The position numbers were made by a program, and so were the translations under genes. From contig NC_042997.1 in NCBI RefSeq assembly GCF_006345805.1, forward strand, positions 34,596,001 to 34,660,000: a stretch of 64,000 nucleotides of DNA, written 5' to 3'. Positions 25,127-39,225 of this stretch are shown here, piece after piece; the stretch's first letter is position 1; every line of letters starts with the position of its first letter. The DNA comes from Octopus sinensis (taxonomy: Eukaryota). Under the pieces are notes generated by a model. It saw nothing but the letters and a program-made list of their open reading frames with translations. It did not search any database and was not told the DNA's origin.

Positions 25127-25508
25127 GGAAGCACTCCGTCGGTTACGACGATGAGGGTTCCGGTTGATCCGAATCAACGGAACAGCCTGCTCGTGAAATT
25201 AACGTGTAAGTGGCTGAGCACTCCACCGACACGTGCACCCTTAACGTAGTTCTCGGGGATATTCAGCGTGACACAGAGAGTGACAAGGCCGGCCCTTTGA
25301 AATACAGGTACAACAGAAACAGGAAGTAAGAGTGAGAGAAAGTTGTGGTGAAAGAGTACAGCAGGGATCACCACCATCCCCTGCCGGAGCCTCGTGGAGC
25401 TTTAGGTGTTTTCGCTCAATAAACACTCACAACACCCGGTCTGGGAATCGAAACCGCGATCCTATGACCGCGAGTCCGCTGCCCTAATCACTAGGTCATT
25501 GCGCCTCC
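25127..25508 (-). mobile_element. tRNA-derived SINE, family C (full length)
   Basis: Near-identical reverse complement of 37451-37831. Confidence 0.92.
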
Positions 25509-28500
25509 ATATAGATAGATAAATAGACAGATAAATAGATGTGTTTGTGTGTGCGCGTAATTTTGCGCAATTTTTTTTACATAACACCTACAATGTTTCG
25601 GCATATATGTGTATGTGTGTGTGTATGTGTGTGTGTGTGTGTGTGCGTCTGTGTGTCTGTGTACAACATATATACATATATATATACTCTAATGATATAC
25701 TTTTAAACGTTCAAGTATTTGCTAATGAATTTTCAGCATTAATTGTCAGAAGAAATTAAAGTCATTTCAAAATTAAGATGGGTTTAACGATAACTCAAAC
25801 TGGCATTTTGACAATTCATCACTCTACAATCATTGAAAATAAACAAAAGCAATGAAATTCTTGTCCCACGCCACCGTTTTGAATCTAACAATAAACTCCA
25901 TTCAGGTTTTATGAGGAAATTTATCAGGAATTTTTTTTACACATTTTCTGCAATATAGAAAATTAAATATAAAAATGACCATTGAAAGGCAGTTTGTAAA
26001 ATCATTTATTAACAGCGACAAAAAAGAAAAAAAAGAAATAACAAAAGAAATAGGCTTAACTGCCGAGCGAAGTGAAATGTATAAAACATTAAAAAGGGAA
26101 TTTTGATTGCCTTTTTTTGTTATCATGTTTTCTGCTATTATTCATTGTTTGACAAACATAACATATTTATTTCTATTTTAGTTATACAACGAAATTTTAA
26201 ATATGTCAGTTTGCTAGTAAAATGTTAAAGAAATCAACGAAACTACGTTTACGTACGCTTTCAAATTATAGTTAATCTTTCTAGAATATGCATATAATTA
26301 CTGTTGGTGCTTAGTTTTGAGCTGAATAGAATTTAATATAGTAGGACTTTGTAGCAACTACATCCTATCTGTTCTTGTTTCCTATGTCATTTAAAGTGTC
26401 CAAATCGAAATGAAGTAAAATAGAATACATTACGTCGAGAGAAATAGAATACAAGAATACAGTACGTACAGTGAAATGTCGTAAAGTCATGTAGGATGGA
26501 AATTAAATCCCTTTTATATTACTGATTCCATCCCGCTCTAAGTAATCGGTCTGTTCTTATCAAAATAGCTTCACATATGTAATATATGCATCTGTATATA
26601 CCAATAATTTAAAGATTAGAAGAAGCAATTCGTCAATTAGAAAAATGTTGGCAGGAAAAAAGGATAGGGCTGCTATTACTAAGACATGTTTATTGTTACC
26701 AAATTATGATGATGACATTCTCATAACACCTAAACTTAGTATCATAAGGTACCATAAGAATCTAGACAAGCCCGAGCACTAATTTGATGCTTACATATTC
26801 GACACTTGTATTTCGTCTCCTCACCAACTATGTGTGTGTGCGTGTAGATGTATACATACATATATACGTACATACAAACAGACACACACGCGCACACAGA
26901 CACACACAGACACACACACACACATATATATGTATAAGTTAGAGATGTTTAAAACCTCTAAGGAGTGGTTAAATCCAAAGGCGATCCTTGTGACTAGCTG
27001 CGTAGGTATATTACTTGGTAAAAGTATACGGTAGCAGGTAATTCAACGGGTAAACCGTAGTTTAAGTTATATGGAAGAAGAAAATGGAGGAAAAATAACA
27101 GGAAGAAGTTAGTCGTTTGCGCTAGTAAGCCATTAATTTAATTAATTAATAAAGTACAATGGTAGTAATAGTACATTTACGATCGTTTCTGTTTACAAGT
27201 TTTGGTGGTAGACATCATCAGAATGCAGAGTCATATGTAGAGATGAGAAAAGCGAAAGATATAGGGATACATCGGTAACATGAATAAAGACAAAGAATGG
27301 TGAGGCTTACATTATAATGGATGCAAGACTTCGTACGCTCTCTTCGCAACTGTTTCGCGCCGACTTAACGGAAGCTAAGTTTGTTGTAGAAGACTTCATA
27401 TTCAAAACCATGACTAATTTGCACATAACATACCATTTCATCGATGATCACTCGTTAGCATCACAAGGTACCACAAATCAACAATGCTCGAATGCTGAAA
27501 GAGTACGTGTAAAACGGTTTCGACGCTTTGTTCACAACTTGATCAGCCCTGGCTAAGAGAAATTCCGAGATTGAAGAGTTTATATATATCTGGCAAGGAT
27601 CATCGATAGCACTGAAGGGCCAGGGAATTTTGAAAGTTATACATAGTTCTTTGGCCAAAATTTCTCAAAAAGAGAGCAGTCAGTTTATTTCATGTATTTT
27701 CCCCGAGAACGTCGTTGCTCTTTCCCACAATTAAACTCCTAGAAAACGCCTACGTGGATGTTCCACCAACCACATTGTCCACGCTCATAGAGGGCTGTCT
27801 GTGCTTGACAGCACTTGTGTTCATTATCTAGGAATCTTCGTTGCTGCTGCTGACTCAGCACATGTCTACACAGCAATCTTTGTAACCGAAGACCTCATCA
27901 GAAGGTATCGGCAGCAGATAGACAACATAGCCAGTAGAAATCATCTTTAAAAAAGGAGAAAAAGAAAAAAATGGAAGAGCATAGGTCCTTATCTAGTGAA
28001 ACTGGATCGAATTTTGCTTTTTATTTTTCTTATAATGGGAACTTTGATGGTGATGGTGTGGGTGCTGTCCCGTCAAATCTCATAAGTTTCTGCTTTGGGC
28101 ATCTATTTTTCTGTGTTTGTTTGTGCGAGCCTCCTTACGCTGTGTAATGAAATTTATGAATGAGCCAATTCGAAGGAAGCGGAGAGTGGTTGCGCTCCTC
28201 CTATTCGTCTACATTGTAGGCTTACCTAAATTTCCAGTATTTAATTCTGGTGACAAATCCATCATCTTTATCTTCACCATATAAGCATGCAAAAGAACAT
28301 GAGGATAAATTTCTTTCTTTTATAGGGTCGAGCGACTCTTCGCGTCGCTCCCTGTAACAAGTCTCGAAGCCAAATCGCCTGGTACCTGTTACGACTGTTT
28401 CTGCCTGCATACCTTGTTCAAAACTCCTCGACGTCTGCATGTGTCGCCCTTTGAACATGTCTATATTCTACACCTATCTATTTCTCTAATTTTATGATTT

Positions 28501-29090
28501 CTCATGGTCTGGTCGCCTTACTGCAGTTCGCTACTCTACAAGACGCGGAACTTCTTATTGCCGTGGGAGTGCTGATGTTATTTTTTGGTTTTAGAAAGCT
28601 CAAGTTTTGGCTAGTGGCAGAGAAGCTGTTCCTATTGTTCTCTGCACGACGACAGAAGCCGTGATAAGGGTGATAGTGTTTCCTAGTGCGATTTGAATTT
28701 ATTGAACTGGGGGTGGCAATATTCTCATTGTCAATGAAAGCGTAGTTCAGAAGCCGTTCGTTGATAGTTTTGTGTTGTTGCAGTAGTGATGGCAGGAATT
28801 AGTGACACTAGAAGAAGAGTCTAGTCGCTGGAGGAAAACGGAAATCTTGAATTGGTTCTTAGAAATTATCTATCAATGTTCCCGCTTTCTGGTTGGCAAC
28901 AAATATATTACTTTCTACGAATGTAATTTTAAGAATGTAAATTTTAAATATATTTCATTTCAACTCTAACAAATATTCATACTAGTAACGAAAACAATCA
29001 CAATGAAGTCCCTAAATGGTTAAACAATCAATGATTGCTTTTAAACTTACGGAGTGAAAAGAAATACGTCTGAAAAATTCAATAGTTATC

Positions 29091-29136
<46 letters not shown>

Positions 29137-29153
29137 GAAGAAGAAGAAGAAAA

Positions 29154-29535
29154 AAATGCTTTCTAATTGATGTATCAATACCGGCAGATGACAACGTGTC
29201 TCTAAAAGAAATGGAGAAACTCTCAAAATACAAAGACCTGGAAATAGAGGTAACTAGAATGTGGAACCTGAAAACAAGAAACAATTCCTATCATAGTAGG
29301 TGCATTAGGCATGATAAAAAAAATATTCAGACAAATACATAACAAAAACACCAGGACTTACAAACACATATAACATACAGAAAATTGCACTACTAGGCAC
29401 TGCACACATCCTACGCAGAACACTTTCCATACAATAACCATCAGAGCATCACAACAAATCACAGCACATACCCAAGGCACACAGAGCTGCGCTCGGTAGT
29501 GAAGTGAAAGCACGCTATAAAAATAAAACTACTGA
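29154..29535 (+). mobile_element. R4/Dong-clade non-LTR element, 3' end (RLE domain and 3' UTR), inside (AAT)n
   Basis: CFLIDVSIPADDNV...EKLSKYKDLEIEVTRMW...IVGALG...QKIALLGTAHILRRTLSIQ* (stop 29435-29437); (AAT)n on both sides. Confidence 0.85.
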
Positions 29536-29906
29536 ATAATAATAATAATAATAATAATCAAGAAAATTGCTTTCTTAGTGAAGAATATTATGGAGAGAAT
29601 ATTTTTATTCTTACTTTTACCTTTTAAAATTCTATTCTACGACACTTGAAAATCATATTGATTTGAGGTTGGGAAAGAACAAAAAATAGATTTACAATGA
29701 TAAATCTATTAGACGAGACTTTAGTGATCTTTCCTGAAATGAATTGCGAATTCATGTCGAAACACTATTAGCCGAGCGGTATTCATTATTCAACGACATC
29801 AAAGTTTTTAGATACAAAGTTAATAGATACAGGCTAAAGGGAAACCATTATTTTTCATTAATTTGAAGAATACATAAATAAGACGTATAGCACAATGACG
29901 ATGGTA

Positions 29907-29943
<37 letters not shown>

Positions 29944-30499
29944 TTAATAATAATCTTTCCTCTCAACTAATATTTTACTAGTCCTTTCTGTATTGGCCAC
30001 ATGATCAGTACGCATCCATTCAAAACATATTATGTAAAACGAATACAAAGAAACGTATTGTGGTTTACGTAAGCAATAAAATAGAGGAAGGGCAAAAGCG
30101 TAATACAACTTAACAAATAAGGGCAGCACGTCCGCCTTCGGTCTCATAGTTCAGAGAAGTTGATCAGGGCTTAAGTTCTGCTCTCAACCCTTTCAAGTTA
30201 GTCCGTTATATCCCTAGCGCCATAGTCCCTAAACAAGGAACCACTGGGCAGTAGGGTGATCTTTACAACCAGCTCTATCCAGAGTGGAGAAAATATTAGT
30301 CGATTATAAAAATATATTGCAACTCTTCTTGTTATGTTATAAATCATTTTTATTAGGGAAGTGGACCACGCAGTCGACTGAGCCATCTTTCGTTGTTTAC
30401 CTACGTCTCTGCGTTAAGAGTCCTGATCCCTTCGAATTGATCAATGAAATAAGTACCAGTCATGTACTGTGTCGATTAATTACTCGAGACCCTTTCGCA

Positions 30500-31000
30500 A
30501 AGTGTCTTTTAATGTCTCCATCTTAGAAACCAACATTAATACGTTCTTAAAAGTTCCATTCAAATCTTTCCTTGTTCCACATGTGTGTTTAATTAGGTCT
30601 CCAGTATTGTCCTATGGAAGAGAGGGGATTGTGTTTATATCAGATTTTATCTGCTGTGGGTTTTTGTCTTGTTTGAATTCATATTGCTCTTTTTGTGAGA
30701 TCTTTTGATATATTAGAAAGTAACCATTGGAGAATATATGCTGTGAGATATGTTTCACTGAATTGAAAAGAGCTTTAACAAGAATTACGAAAGGCACGGA
30801 GTTGATCTAATGTTTAGCTTGTGTATAAAGTCGTGAGTGCTGATATGCTATGTACATTTTTAATGCGGTTATTTTCTTTTATAATCCATTCTGATACTTC
30901 ATAATTTGCAGTTTGGTTGTTTCTTTTGTTCATTGATAAGACATTTTTGTTTTCATAGCAGGATGATGACTTACTCAAAAACGATCACTATGGATATCAG
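30500..31000 (-). mobile_element. Possible Penelope-like RT-thumb relic
   Basis: Weak: ...VKHISQHIFSNGY resembles the PLE I.Q.L.NNGYP motif. Confidence 0.3.
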
Positions 31001-31905
31001 GGTGCAGCGGCTTTCCTTCACTTTATATGGGTGGATTGCTATGATTTGCATGCCAGCATAAACAAACGTCACAGCTGTTTCTAATATTGTTGTTGAAATG
31101 AAGTGAATTTGCAATTTTCATGCAGAATGCAGCTCATTATCTATTGGATATACGAACTACCTTGTCATGGATATTTTTTTTTGTTTTTGCATGGTGGAAG
31201 AATCTGGAAATGAAGTGGCTGTCAATTTTCCTGGTATTTTGTTTTGGCGAGGAAATAAACCTGTGCAGTACTACAACTATTAACGTATAACACTTTAGAG
31301 TTTCACTTTTTCCCCATTTCTATGTCCTCCTACAGAATAGTCATTAATTCAGCGTTTTTCAATGGTCTTTGGAATTTAAGTTACATATTTTACATCTTGT
31401 TTTCATACTTTGTATATTATATCATGTATAGTTACCTTAGATATAATTAGCGTCTACTTTGTACGTTGTTTTCTGATATACAAAAATTTATGATATTTTA
31501 GTTTCTCAACTGTTTCTTGAGTACTATACTTATTAGTATGTCATTACTGGGTATTTCTGTAGAGTCATTGTGCCTGCACCCTAATAGAACTCAATTCGGA
31601 TCACACTCTTCCCTAGTAGCACTTGAAAACAATATCTTATCTATAATTACTTTAAAATAATGACATTAGAATGCAGAGAACAGTTTTATTAGTTATCTAT
31701 ATATATAGGCGCTTCACTCCATTTAACAACTAATTCAAAGCAGTGAAGCTGTAGTTTAAAACAGTTTACAATTCCTATCATCTTATTTTCTTATCTCAGT
31801 ACTGGGAACATATTGTAATATTAGTTTCTATGTTGTATCCTACTCGTTAATACTTGTATTGTTTTATTGTAATGCTCGGATCCAGACTCAAATAAAATGT
31901 AATGA

Positions 31906-32290
31906 TTTGATTTTGATTTTGATTTTGATTTTTCCAGTTTCAGCTAATGAGCTGTGGCCATGCTGGGGCACCGCCATTTGGTTTGCTACACGATTTTACC
32001 TCACGGATGCTTTTTAGCAAACGCCATCTGATGCATGAGAGAATTCGATGCAGCTGCCCTCATCTGCACCTCCTGCCGTGAAGTTGGTTCATCCGGGACA
32101 CCTGAAAGGAAGAGATCCAGTCCTACTTTAAAGACATCCGCATCTACACCATGCAGGTCCCTCAGGTTCTTCGGGAGGATATTGAAGAGCTGTGGGCCTC
32201 TGAAGCCCAGGCTATCACAATATCTTGTCCTACATCTTGATGGCAAATTTGGAGTCCTTGGTAATATCTTGCATTTTAATTAATTTCCCT
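31906..32290 (-). mobile_element. CR1-like LINE extreme 3' end with 3' UTR and (TCAAAA)n tail
   Basis: ORF end RYCDSLGFRGPQLFNILPKNLRDL...FLSGVPDEP...AAASNSLMHQM, then UTR GGCGGTGCCCCAGCATGGCCACAGCTCATTAGCTGAAAC and tail. Confidence 0.85.
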
Positions 32291-33049
32291 CTTTTTAGAT
32301 TAGCTGTGGCATATTCGTTTACGTTTACACTCTGGTACCACAAGCAAATCCGGAACTCCAAGAGGATATAGCCACTTCTTTATTATGTTATGTTATATCC
32401 CTCTATGCTGATGCGGTTTCATATAATCCAAACATGCGTTTTTACAGACTACATGCCTGCTAACAAAATATTAGATTTTTCTTTTATGCATAATAATTTA
32501 GTTTTTTTTTGTTTTTATTAAACAGGTTCACATTTTGTTATGAGAGTTGCTAATAATTTACCACGAGGTTTTTTTTATCTCTCCTCAACTAAAAAAGACA
32601 AAAAAACCCCCCACAAAAACAATTATATTAATTTATGTATGTCATTCAGTACATGACCACTCGCCTAAAACATGTACTATGAAGTTAACTGTTTTTCAAT
32701 ACAATTCTAAACACTGAGGATTTGATTTATAAAATTGTCGGAATAATAGTGGGGTAAAGTATATTTCTGAAAAATGTTGTTTCTGATTGTATTTACGATC
32801 TATTTCTTTTGCATAGTATTTATTTTGCATTGCTGTTAATAATTTCTATTCTGACATGGCGTGTTTGTTTATATACTAGCATAATAAAGATGCTATTTTT
32901 TTTATTTGCATTGTTCCTTTACCCAAATTTGTGGAATGCTGACGAAAAAAATTTAGTTAATCTATACATGGAATATTATTACTTTTGTTTTCTATTTCTA
33001 ATAATTACTAGGTCTTTCAACAGGTATCATTTCTATCTACATATGATTT

Positions 33050-34000
33050 CCCAATACTCCTACTGTTCCTAATGTAAAATAATATCTTACAAGTAGCCGC
33101 AAACGTTTTGAAGAGTGTGAATATCAGGAATAGATTTATGTAGTTTCCGTAAACAAATTATTGACCTGTTGTTTTGTGCGTTACTGAAGCGTTTACTTTT
33201 GGGAATAAATATTGTCTCGTCAACCAATAGGTCGTCGTTTTTGGATGTGTAGTAATTCATCGAATACTGTTTCTGTAGCTTCCTGCACAATTGCTAATTA
33301 CTTTTAACAACAAATTGGGGAACTTTATCCATTTCAGGAGCATTGTAGCATTAACGGCGTTGATGATCTTGATAAATACACACCTTTCTTGGGCATTCGT
33401 TTCCTAATCTATAGTGGGGGGGTTATTATTATACTGTACAATTCCACTTCATCTGCTTTTCTTGTATAAATGAATTTCTGCCGCTGAGGCTACCAATGTT
33501 TTTTATGTTATTGATGAAATGATGTAATATTTTAGTATTTGTTTCAAAATATACGATGTCGGTGAGAAAAAAAGCAGCCGTGTTTATCAAATCGTATTTT
33601 TCAGTACATCTTTGGTTTGATAATTTATTTTAGTATATCTATTTTTTGTTATAAGGAGCTCTCCCGTTTTCTGGATATTGGATTTTCTTGATATATCTTT
33701 TACGCGTTTTTCTTTTCCCATTTCTATTTAACCTTTTATGGAGCTTTGCTAACGATGTTCTGGATATGTTATTCCGAAATAATATACTTTGTTTCGACTA
33801 TTTATGTGGGTCTGCGTGAAGGCTTGGTTCATACTATTACATTAGAATCCAGTTACCTTCGATAATGATATCTTTAATGATAGCTTTCTTGTATTTAGGG
33901 TTGCATCTGTGGGAAGAATTACGGGAAAGGCTTATAATTGGCTATTATTTTCCCAAAATATTTGTTTCTCTAGATTGGAAAGATGCTTCCGCTGATCAAC
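33050..34000 (-). mobile_element. Highly decayed R4/Dong-like RT region
   Basis: NAPEMDKVP and DETIFIPKSK...NNRSIICLRKLHK resemble the R4 motifs APGxD and TxLIPK..NYRPIxCL..YK. Confidence 0.4.
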
Positions 34001-34980
34001 ATATATCTATTCAGTAATGACTTCTCTTTTCTTCATTGCTCTTCTTTTGTTGCTATTGTCGCTGTTGCTGTTGTTGATGTTGCTTTGACTGTTATTTCGA
34101 GCATATCCAAATACTGAGTAATGATGCCGTCGCTGACCCTTGGTTTTTTTTTTTTTTTTTGAGATCGGTATTATTAGACTGCACATGTGCATGGACAACC
34201 GCCTATTTTCGTTTTCGTTGATTCTGTTTTAGCTGTGTATGGCCTGATTTTTTTTCAATGCGTTCTTCTGTAGCTGTTATCCTCACATTGGAGTTTTGTT
34301 CTTTCAGCCATTGTTTATATGTTTTATTGATTTATCATTTTACTGTTACAATCAGGTTTGTTGTGTTATTTACTCTGTATTTTAAGAGAACAATCATAAA
34401 GTATATATCAGTTGTACTGCAAGTGATAATATATTTTGTATGTAGTGAGTTTCGATGCGATACTCTCATTGGTTTACGCCTTGATCAATTCATTTGTTTT
34501 ATGTTCAGTGTATATTCTTTTTGTAAGTTATTCTATTTCTGAGGACTTTATTATCTATTATATATTTTCATACATCTGTTGATGTATTTCAGTATAGTTT
34601 TTATATTCTCAAAAATATCGTACATCATTTTTTATGGTGTTAGTGTATCTCAGCTATGTGAGAGGCTGTGTATAAGATTATGACACTTCTAAATATTGTT
34701 TATTTTTTCCTCTATCATTCTATTACAATTTTCATTTGACTTGCTGTACTAGTGAAGTAAGAAGTAGGCTGCATTGTATCAGCTTGTATGCATGACTACG
34801 TAAGTGTGCATGTGTCTGCAGGTGCGAGGGTGTGCGTGCAAAGGCGTGTGCATATGTAGATAGAAGAGTCTATCTGAGCGTTCATATTGGATACCTTCCG
34901 TAAGATTCTTTCCTTAAATACTATGACGTTGCACATAAACACTGGCGATGAATATTGCTCTCTTTCTTTATAAGCATAAT

Positions 34981-35228
34981 AATGATTTCAAATTTAACCA
35001 CAAGGTCAGCAAGTTTTTGGGGAAGGCCTAAGTCAATTATTCGACCCCAGTGCTGAGCTGGTTCTTATTTTATCGGCTCCAGTGCTGAGTTGGTTCTTAT
35101 TTTATCGATCTCGAAAGGATGAAAGGCCAAGTCGACCTCGGTGGATTTAAAGACCAGCACATGTAGACGGACGAAACGCCACTAAGTATTTTGTCCGGCC
35201 TGCCAACGATTCTGCCAGCTTGTCGCCT
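34981..35228 (-). mobile_element. SINE family A2 (family A head and core, alternative tail)
   Basis: Family A head and core with a different tail ending in (TTA); internal 29-bp duplication. Confidence 0.8.
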
Positions 35229-35249
35229 TTGTATGTATTAATATTGTGT

Positions 35250-35400
35250 CTACGTTCTGAGTTCAAATTTCGCCGAGGTTGACTTTGCCTTTCATCCTTT
35301 CGTGGTCGATAACTTAAGTACCATTTGCGTACTTGAGTCGATCTAATCGACTGGGTACCCTCCCCCAAAATTTTGGGCCTTGTGCATAGAGTAGAAAATA
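35250..35400 (+). mobile_element. SINE family A2, 5'-truncated
   Basis: B-box GAGTTCAAATTTCG, core, and tail CCCCCAAAATTTTGGGCCTTGTGC. Confidence 0.8.
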
Positions 35401-35419
35401 ATATTTTCCATTACTTTAA

Positions 35420-35636
35420 GGTGGCGATCTGGCAGAGGCGTTAGCACGCCGGGTGAAATGCATACTGGTATTTCGTCTGTCTTTACGTTCTGAGTTCAAA
35501 TTCCACCCAGGTCAACGTTGCCTTTCATCCTTTTGTGGGTTGATAAATTAAGTACCAGTTGCGTACAAGGGTCAATCTAATCGACAGGCCCTCTTCCCCA
35601 AAATTTCGGGCCTTGTGCCTACAGTAGAAAGGAATA
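35420..35636 (+). mobile_element. SINE family A2 (full length)
   Basis: GGTGGCGATCTGGCAGAGGCGTTAG head, core, and tail CCCCAAAATTTCGGGCCTTGTGCC. Confidence 0.85.
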
Positions 35637-36151
35637 TTGGCGATGATTTGGCAACCTCGTACAAAAAAGAAAAACAAAAATCAGAGAAAATTCATACTGG
35701 TATTTTTTCGGATTGTTTACGTTCAGAGTTCAAGTGCTGCAGAAGTCAGTGTAAATTTTATCCTTCGTGCTGAAATATAGTCTCGGTCGAGTGCAGTTGA
35801 GTATAGGAATTTATGAAGGTTCAGAAAAAAACCCCAAAAAACGTTTACTTTTGTATGTGCTACATCTCTTTACATTTTGAATTCGAAATTTTTTCGTACT
35901 TCCGGGACCAATTAAATAGGGATCTGCTGTCACAAGTGTGTGTCATCTCGCAAATAATGAATCCCTGACGCATTTAACAATCAAATTATACTCGATTGAG
36001 AGTTATGGTTTACTTATAACCGTTTAAGCGATTATCAAGGATGCCCAGGTATGTCTTATAAAACAAAATTAAGCAATGCAAATTTCTGGCATACAACTTA
36101 CACCATATGATTAAAAAAAATTAGAATCTGTATATACTGTCAGCAAAATTT

Positions 36152-36313
36152 GACGCAGGCGTGGCAGTGCAGTAAGAAGGTTGCTTCCCAACCACATGCT
36201 TTCGGGTTCAGTCCTACTGCGTGGCACTTTGGGTAAGTGTCTTCTAATCTAGCCTCGGGCCGACCAAAACTTTGTAAGTGGATTTGGTAGATGGAGATTG
36301 AAAGAAGCTCATC

Positions 36314-36390
<77 letters not shown>

Positions 36391-36626
36391 CGTGTGTGTG
36401 TTTTTGTGTGTTTGGGTCTGTTTTTGTTCTTCATTACTGCTTGAGAACCGGTGTTAGTGTGTTTACGTTCCCGTAACTTAGCGGTTCGGCAAAACAGACC
36501 GGTAGAATAAATACTAGGCTTAAAAAATAAGTCCTGAGGTTGATATGGTCGACTAAAAAGAAACCCTACAAGGTGGTGCTCCAGAATGGCCGCAGTCAGA
36601 CGACTGGAACAAGTAAAAGAATAAAA
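36152..36626 (+). mobile_element. tRNA-derived SINE, family B
   Basis: Head, internal (TA)/(TG) tract and tail match family B. Confidence 0.85.
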
Positions 36627-37129
36627 GCTTATTTATTTACTCACTCCTCAACCTCGGAAAAAACAATATTCTTGGTTTTACTTTGTAGTGTTACAACGAA
36701 GACTTACTCAGGGTTCCCTAAATCTTGAACTACCAACATAAAAGTCAATTCGAACAATTTTGAACGATTGCCCTTCAGAATTGCTGATATTAATTGCGAA
36801 ACTGATACTGACAAGAATTCGATGTCTTTGAAATCCACCTGCTAAGCCACTTGACTTCAATGTTCTTCTAAAATGAAGCAATTGACACTAGTAAGTTTTC
36901 CTGTCCTGATTGTTGATCCGGGAGAATGACAGTGAGCCTTGTGTGTTTGCAATGTTTTGGAGGATATAGGTTGCAAAATAGCATAGCAGGTTCTACCAGC
37001 TAGTGTGAGGTTATTCAGAAAGTCGTTTCCATAATTTATAACTGCTCTTACAAAGTTGCTGTACTGTTTTGTAGCTGATTCTTCTCGTGTAAATGTATTT
37101 TTCATACCTGTTGAGTCATATCTGTTGAG

Positions 37130-38130
37130 TCCCATAACCTTTGCAGACCATCCGAAACTGGTGAGCTTGATGCTTTTAATGCTCCAGTAAAACTACTGTG
37201 GAGCGACATATGCAGGAAAAAAAGGGGAGAGAGAACATTCCAAAGGGTCGACGTTCTAGGGAGAAACAACCCTAGCATATTGGCTAGTGCGGGGCCGTAA
37301 GGGTCAGTCATATCAAGAGTAAAAAATACAAGTGGAACAGGGCTGGCTAGAGGACAGGATATCTCTGAGGAATAGAAGCCGTAATTGTAGCGATAGAAAA
37401 AGAACAGGGAGAGAGGATACATTAGCCTGTATGGTAGATGCTGGAGATGTGGAGGCGCAATGGCCCAGTGGTTAGGGCAGCGGACTCGCGGTCATAGGAT
37501 CGCGGTTTCGATTCCCAGACCGGGCGTTGTGAGTGTTTATTGAGCGAAAACACCTAAAGCTCCACGAGGCTCCGGCAAGGATGGTGGTGATCCCTGCTGT
37601 ACTCTTTCACCACAACTTTCTCTCACTCTTACTTCCTGTTTCTGTTGTACCTATATTTCAAAGGGCCGGCCTTGTCACTCTCTGTGTCACGCTGAATATC
37701 CCCGAGAACTACGTTAAGGGTACACGTGTCTGTGGAGGGCTCAGCCACTTACACGTTAATTTCACGAGCAGGCTGTTCCGTTGATTCGGATCAACCGGAA
37801 CCCTCATCGTCGTAACCGACGGAGTGCTTCCAGATGCTGGAGAGTGTTCGTTACTGATTGGCTTCTATTGAGAGGGTTTCCCCTTTCCTGGATGAGGGTC
37901 AGGATACCGGTATGCGTTGCAACAGTAGCCTCCGATGTGAGATCGGTACTCCATTGTAATTCTCACCTGATCGTTGCTGATTGTTTGTTAGCAGTTGTTG
38001 GGAGATGCAATATTTTCTGGCTCTGAAAAGATGGGGGCTGTTTTTGGAATACAATCCTAACAATGCTAGGGATGTACTTTTGCCAGGAAAGATCCAGACA
38101 CTGAGTACGAACCTGGCACTAAAATACGTC
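37130..38130 (-). mobile_element. L2/Crack-like LINE 3' relic interrupted by a SINE
   Basis: LFRARKY..QQLLT, QVRITMEYRSHIGG, SLFFFYRY..G..SSE and FLPRTSTLWN continue on both sides of the SINE at 37451. Confidence 0.6.
37451..37831 (+). mobile_element. tRNA-derived SINE, family C (full length) with target-site duplication
   Basis: Head GGAGGCGCAATGGCCCAGTGGTTAGG...GGTTTCGATTCCC; TSD AGATGCTGGAGA at 37436-37447 and 37832-37843. Confidence 0.95.
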
Positions 38131-38799
38131 ACTGTAGCACAAAGAAACGGAAGGCCACGGGCCAAATCTATCTCATTCCTAATGGATGTATTTCTGCAAG
38201 TGCAGATACACATCCATTTGCATGAAGCAGATAAGCAAACTGACCCTGACAAAACTACTTTCATTCCACTCAAACATTCTGCACATGAAGAATCTATTTC
38301 TGAGCTCACTGAACACTAATTTCTCACTCTCTGCGAAAATGTACATTTTGAAGTACGCTTCAGTATGTTCCATTTAAAACAAGACAATCCTTCTGATGCA
38401 ATAAACGTTTATCTTATTGCTTTTACTTCTAAGATACCTAAGGTAATGGATACAATCATTAGAAATACTATTAAGCGAGCTGTGATTACATTGTCTGATG
38501 TAACTTTTAGGAAAGATTTTGAAAATCAGTTGTTGTTCTGTTACAAGGTTATGGCAGGCAGAAAGGCAACTCGATAGATATTTTCAAGAAACTGGTTTTC
38601 CACTTGTATGATCAAGTGTTGGACTTCACTTTTGCACTATCGCCATTGAAATGTTCACCCATATTGGTGGTAAGGTTCAGTGGTTGACCATATATTCACA
38701 AGAGATTTACTGACAGACAAAGGTCTGATGTCCTCAAATCCCTCGAGAATTATAGGCAGTGTTTGTTTGAAACCATGAGCAAAAACGATAGGAAGCCCT

Positions 38800-39225
38800 C
38801 CCACTATATGTATATTTCACGTCCATCAACCTTCCTCCTACTCTCTTATCAATTAATATATAATCCACCAAGACCCTATCCACTACTCTTCTTCCCTTCA
38901 CTCTCCACCATGTGAACTTATTCTTCTCCCACTTTTTAAACAGACTGTTCCCCACTTCCAACTCCTGCTCCATACACATTTCCAACAACCTCCTTCCACT
39001 CTCATTCCGATCAGGAACTCCATATTTTCCTTTTACATTTTCTACTTCCTCATTTTCCACTCGCGTATTCAAATAACCCAACGCCATGACATAACCACTT
39101 TTCCCCACCCTCTCCACACACTCAGTCAGTTCCAACCAGAACTCTTCTACTTTTTCCTTACTCCTTTCGTTCCCTGGACCATATGCGTTAAAAAGCACCC
39201 ACATCTCTCCTCCCCACCTCATCTT
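38800..39225 (-). mobile_element. RTE-type LINE AP-endonuclease fragment
   Basis: AYGPGNER...EEFW.EL.ECV...LGYLN(GDLN)TRV...GKYGVPDRNESGRRLLEMC..QEL.VGN..FKK...KFTW...VDYILI. Confidence 0.8.

Noticed and set aside
27200-28950. Coding-looking stretch, possibly decayed retroelement ORFs
   Set aside because: No diagnostic motif could be read with confidence in any frame.
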